37,460 nucleotides of DNA from an uncultured bacterium (GTDB taxonomy: Bacteria; Patescibacteriota; Minisyncoccia; Phycocordibacterales; UBA2163). The notes beneath the pieces are model-generated. The model was given only the letters and a program-made list of their open reading frames with translations, did not search any database and was not told the DNA's origin. The DNA is taken from assembly GCA_913041175.1 (NCBI GenBank), contig CAJWGW010000002.1:1-37460 (forward strand). The letters are read 5' to 3'. This document shows positions 34,498 to 37,460 of this stretch, piece after piece. The first letter of the stretch is position 1; each line of letters begins with the position of its first letter. Position numbers and translations under genes: made by a program.

Positions 34498-35338
34498 ACT
34501 TAAAATTGCATTTTTTGGAACTTCTCAAGGTGCTGTGATAGCACTTGAGGAGCTAAAGAATGTAGGACTTGCTCCAAGCTTGGTCATAACAACTCCCGAT
34601 AAACCAAAAGGTAGAAAGCTTGTCCTTTCACCGCCTCTTGCAAAAGTATGGGCAGAAAAAAATAATGTTAATTTTGTACAATCTGAAAAGCTTGACGAAA
34701 CTTTACTTGAGCTTTTGCGTGAAGGTGCTTTTGATCTGTTTGTGGTCGCCTCATATGGGAAATTACTTTCAAATGAATTTCTTGCTCTTCCAAAACACGG
34801 AACTCTTAATGTTCATCCTTCCCTTTTACCAAAGCTACGCGGACCGTCTCCTATTGTCTCTGCAATACTTGAAGATGAGAAAAAAACTGGAGTGACAATA
34901 ATATTACTTGATGAAGGACTAGATAGCGGGCCTGTTGTTGCACAAGCAAGCATTGAGCCTGAACCATGGCCACCGTATGCAGGCGAGCTTGAAGAGCTTC
35001 TCCTCCAAGAAGGTACTAAACTCCTCATTGAGATACTTCCAGAGTGGGTCGCAGGTAAAATAAAACCAGAAGCTCAAGATGAAAACAAGGCGACATTCAC
35101 CAAAAAGATTAAGAAAGAAGATGGACTTATAGAGCTTGATGGCAACCCTTATCAGAATTTGCTTAAAATTCGTGCATTTGATAAGTGGCCAGGCGCGTAT
35201 TTTTTTGCTGACAAACAAGGCAAAAAAATACGCGTCAAAATAACTGACGCTGATTTAGAAAACGACACACTTAAAATAAATAAAGTAATCCCAGAAGGAA
35301 AAAAGGAGATGGATTATGAAGATTTCTTAAGAGGATAA
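34481..35338 (+). CDS. fmt: methionyl-tRNA formyltransferase
   Basis: KIAFFGT N-terminus, NVHPSLLPKLRGPSPI motif, C-terminal OB-like domain. Overlaps def by 17 nt. Confidence 0.9.
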   Translation: MTRKYKLKIAFFGTSQGAVIALEELKNVGLAPSLVITTPDKPKGRKLVLSPPLAKVWAEKNNVNFVQSEKLDETLLELLREGAFDLFVVASYGKLLSNEFLALPKHGTLNVHPSLLPKLRGPSPIVSAILEDEKKTGVTIILLDEGLDSGPVVAQASIEPEPWPPYAGELEELLLQEGTKLLIEILPEWVAGKIKPEAQDENKATFTKKIKKEDGLIELDGNPYQNLLKIRAFDKWPGAYFFADKQGKKIRVKITDADLENDTLKINKVIPEGKKEMDYEDFLRG

Positions 35339-35752
35339 TTATTTCCTCCGCCTGCGAGCAAAGTCTCTAATACGAGCGCCTCCAGTGCCGAGCGTATTCA
35401 TAAATGCCTTCATTGCGATTCCACCTTTTCTCAAAAGGCGTCTCTGCCTTCCTTTGAACCTGCGGAGTTCTTTCATTGTTTCTTTTTCAACTTTATCAAT
35501 TGCATTGAAAAGCGTTGCCTCTTCCGCCGATGCGCGCATCTGCTTTCCAGCAACATGAAGATTGATTTCTGCTCTGAAGATATTTCCGCTTTGGTGATGT
35601 TCTGTCGTCTTGCCTATCTCAACATCAAACATCGCGCTTGTGTCTTGCCGGTCAATTAATTTTTCAATGGACTGTAATCTTTTATCTAAATAATCCGAAA
35701 TTTCTGGTGTAAGTTCAATGTTCGTTGTCTTTACATTTTTTCTTGTATCCAT
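35339..35752 (-). CDS. hpf: ribosome hibernation-promoting factor (HPF/RaiA, S30AE family)
   Basis: NIELTPEISDYLDKRL...FRAEINLHVAGKQMRASAEEATLFNAIDKV. Its stop codon abuts the fmt stop. Confidence 0.85.
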   Translation of the reverse strand: MDTRKNVKTTNIELTPEISDYLDKRLQSIEKLIDRQDTSAMFDVEIGKTTEHHQSGNIFRAEINLHVAGKQMRASAEEATLFNAIDKVEKETMKELRRFKGRQRRLLRKGGIAMKAFMNTLGTGGARIRDFARRRRK

Positions 35753-35764
35753 AGTGATTGTTAT

Positions 35765-35989
35765 TTAATCATTATCAACACTAATAATCTTACTAGGGCT
35801 TCTGTGCCCGCTTATAATTCTTACATCTGTCTTTATTATACCGTAGTGACGAGCAATAAGCTCTCTGACACGCTCATTCGCCATGTTTTGCTTTGCCTTT
35901 TGCCTGACACTAATTTCAAATAAATCTTCCTGTTTCTGCTTTAATTCCTCCTTTTTTGCATCAGGTGTTACCTTAACTTTTATATACAT
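35765..35989 (-). CDS. DUF167 (YggU-like) protein
   Basis: MYIKVKVTPDAKKEEL...ANERVRELIARHYG...VRIISGHRSPSKII, typical of the UPF0235/DUF167 family. Start at ATG 35989. Confidence 0.7.
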   Translation of the reverse strand: MYIKVKVTPDAKKEELKQKQEDLFEISVRQKAKQNMANERVRELIARHYGIIKTDVRIISGHRSPSKIISVDND

Positions 35990-35990
35990 T

Positions 35991-36566
35991 TTACTGATTT
36001 CTCTCGTATAGCCCAATTAATTTTGTTTCTTGAAGTATGTGCCCTTCCATCGCTTCTTCTACTTGCTTTTTTGTCGCACCTTCTGGGAGTTCTAGCTCCG
36101 TATCAAGTGAGAAAAGTTTAAAGAAGTATCTGTGCTGTCTATCCGGAGGGCATGGGCCATGATAATCTCTGTTCCCTGATGTGCCAACACCCGAGACTCC
36201 ATCTGGCTCTTCCCCTTCTTTTATTTCGGTTGTTGAAGTTGAAATATTGAATTTTATCCAATGATCCCATGTTCCGGTGGGAGCATCAGGATCATCCATT
36301 ATCAAGACAAGTGACTTTGCATTTGGGTCAACTTCGCTTATAAAAAGTGCGGGACTGACCCCTTCTCCGTCACAAGTGTACTTTGGTGGGATTTCTCCAT
36401 TGTGCTTAAAAGACGAGCTTGTAAGTTTTAATGTGTCCATAGATAATTCTTCATTATTTATAATTGTTTCTTCTTCATCAATAACAATTTCAGTTGGAGA
36501 ATTTAGAGCAATAACAAAACTGCCTGCTATTATAATAACGACAATGATGAAAAGTATTATTCTCAT
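35991..36566 (-). CDS. YbhB/YbcL-type PEBP (Raf-kinase-inhibitor-like) protein with an N-terminal membrane anchor or signal
   Basis: FKHNGEIPPKYTCDGEGVSPAL...DDPDAP...WDHW...GPCPP..HRYFFKLFSLD. Confidence 0.85.
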   Translation of the reverse strand: MRIILFIIVVIIIAGSFVIALNSPTEIVIDEEETIINNEELSMDTLKLTSSSFKHNGEIPPKYTCDGEGVSPALFISEVDPNAKSLVLIMDDPDAPTGTWDHWIKFNISTSTTEIKEGEEPDGVSGVGTSGNRDYHGPCPPDRQHRYFFKLFSLDTELELPEGATKKQVEEAMEGHILQETKLIGLYERNQ

Positions 36567-36590
36567 ATATTTATTATATCACTTGTAATA

Positions 36591-36713
36591 CTACTTGCGC
36601 TTCTTTTTGCTTTTTCTTTTTGCCAGCATTTCACGCTTTATCGCAAGTCGTTTTTTAGTTTTGTGAGATCTTGATGTTTTCCTTTTTTCTATCCCTGTTG
36701 CTCTTTTTGCCAT
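36591..36713 (-). CDS. candidate very basic small protein (40 aa, MAKRATGIEKRKTSRSHKTKKRLAIKREMLAKRKSKKKRK)
   Basis: Hand-translated and below the ORF-track cutoff. Composition resembles a ribosomal protein, but no specific family is recognised. Confidence 0.35.
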   Translation of the reverse strand: MAKRATGIEKRKTSRSHKTKKRLAIKREMLAKRKSKKKRK

Positions 36714-36737
36714 GATTTATATATTATACACTATTTG

Positions 36738-36815
36738 CTCCCCAAGCTGGACGCATTCAGAACTATAAACTGGAGGATGGTTAAAAAGGAACTTGATACA
36801 CAACTTTTTAATTGA
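36738..36815 (+). pseudogene. short remnant of a recombinase 3' end (25 codons, LPKLDAFRTINW...)
   Basis: 36737-36774 matches 37378-37415 at 31 of 38 nt, and LPKLDAFRTINW parallels LPTLDAFRTLDW. No upstream coding continuation. Confidence 0.4.
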
Positions 36816-36817
36816 CG

Positions 36818-37030
36818 CTAATTTGTAAAGAAATCTAATATATTTTCTGCAGTTTTTGTTCCGCTTTTATAAAATTCAGCATACCCACATTCTTTGCAGG
36901 TCAAACTAACAAACTTCAAATTTTGAATATTAAAGAGTTTTGTCCAAAATCCTCCAGCTGCTCTTAATTGACCAGTTTCAAATTCTATATTTTTGCACTT
37001 ACTGCATATGTATGAGTTTTCCATATTCAT
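36818..37030 (-). CDS. zinc-ribbon protein (DUF2082-like nucleic-acid-binding Zn-ribbon)
   Basis: CSKC...CKECGYAEFY with the central GGFWTKLFN segment typical of this small family. Confidence 0.6.
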   Translation of the reverse strand: MNMENSYICSKCKNIEFETGQLRAAGGFWTKLFNIQNLKFVSLTCKECGYAEFYKSGTKTAENILDFFTN

Positions 37031-37081
37031 TATTTAAATTTAATACTAAATTTAATACTTAGAATATATCACAAATTCTGA

Positions 37082-37456
37082 TGTATTACTAACGAAACAT
37101 ATGACAAAAAGCATAAAGAGCTTAAGGAAGAGCAGTATGATATTGAGCTACAACTTGAGGACTACACCAAGGCAGATGAAAGTTATCACATAACAGCTAA
37201 AACTGTATTATCTCTAGCTCAAAGAGCAGAAGAGTTGTTTGAAAGTTCTGAAGTTCCAGAGAAAAGGCAGATTTTGAAATTGTTACTTCAGAACCCGACT
37301 GTAAACGGAAAAAAGCTAGAGTTTTCAATAGCTTCTCCGTTCAATTTAGTACTAGAACTAGCTGATAGTCCTAACTGGCTCCCCACACTAGACGCGTTCA
37401 GAACTTTAGATTGGAAAAATATTCAAATAAAGCTAAATCAATTTACTATGATATAA
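37082..37456 (+). pseudogene. 5'-truncated large serine recombinase gene (C-terminal coiled-coil/tail region only)
   Basis: Frame open from 37082 (TGA at 37079-37081). It translates to NETYDKKHKELKEEQYDIELQLEDYTKADESYHITAKTVLSLAQRAEELFESSEVPEKRQILKLLLQNPTVNGKKLEF, which resembles the C-terminal part of large serine recombinases. The catalytic resolvase domain is absent. Confidence 0.55.
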
Positions 37457-37460
37457 TCAT

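Noticed and set aside
1-37460. CRISPR arrays, rRNA genes, additional tRNAs, SRP RNA, tmRNA, RNase P RNA
   Set aside because: I saw no regularly spaced direct repeats and no conserved cores of these RNAs. The only tRNA-like T-arm (GGTTCGAGTCC) belongs to tRNA-Ala.

Overview
AT-rich (roughly one-third GC by eye, not computed), tightly packed bacterial chromosomal segment in the standard genetic code. It is mostly housekeeping genes: ddl, secG, RNase J, nth, dnaE, thrS, gyrB, pheST, smc, rnc, nusB, rpmF, rnhB, gdh, mreB, murA, priA, def, fmt and hpf, plus one tRNA-Ala(UGC). Many are in reduced forms: PheT lacks the editing domain, ThrRS lacks TGS, SMC is short with no recognisable hinge, and PriA lacks its ATPase motifs. 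Together with the many small hypothetical proteins, this suggests a Patescibacteria/CPR-like reduced genome (inference only). I found no CRISPR array, rRNA, intact transposase, or recognisable defence or secretion operon. The features most worth a second look are: (1) two tandem, paralogous sRNA-like units of about 85 nt between priA and def, each with an extended -10 box, a hairpin loop displaying CUCCUUUC, and a terminator; (2) a 132-bp MITE-like element with perfect 16-bp terminal inverted repeats and a 6-bp direct duplication; (3) a NusB-Nudix fusion in an RNA-processing gene cluster; (4) a PriA with Walker A/B and motif VI replaced; (5) a GC-rich palindrome-bearing island at the 5' end of the RNase J ORF, with a related palindrome upstream of secG; (6) a perfect 24-bp palindrome between smc and a Nudix gene; (7) decayed serine-recombinase remnants at the right edge. 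Protein calls rest on motif recognition by eye; no searches were run.
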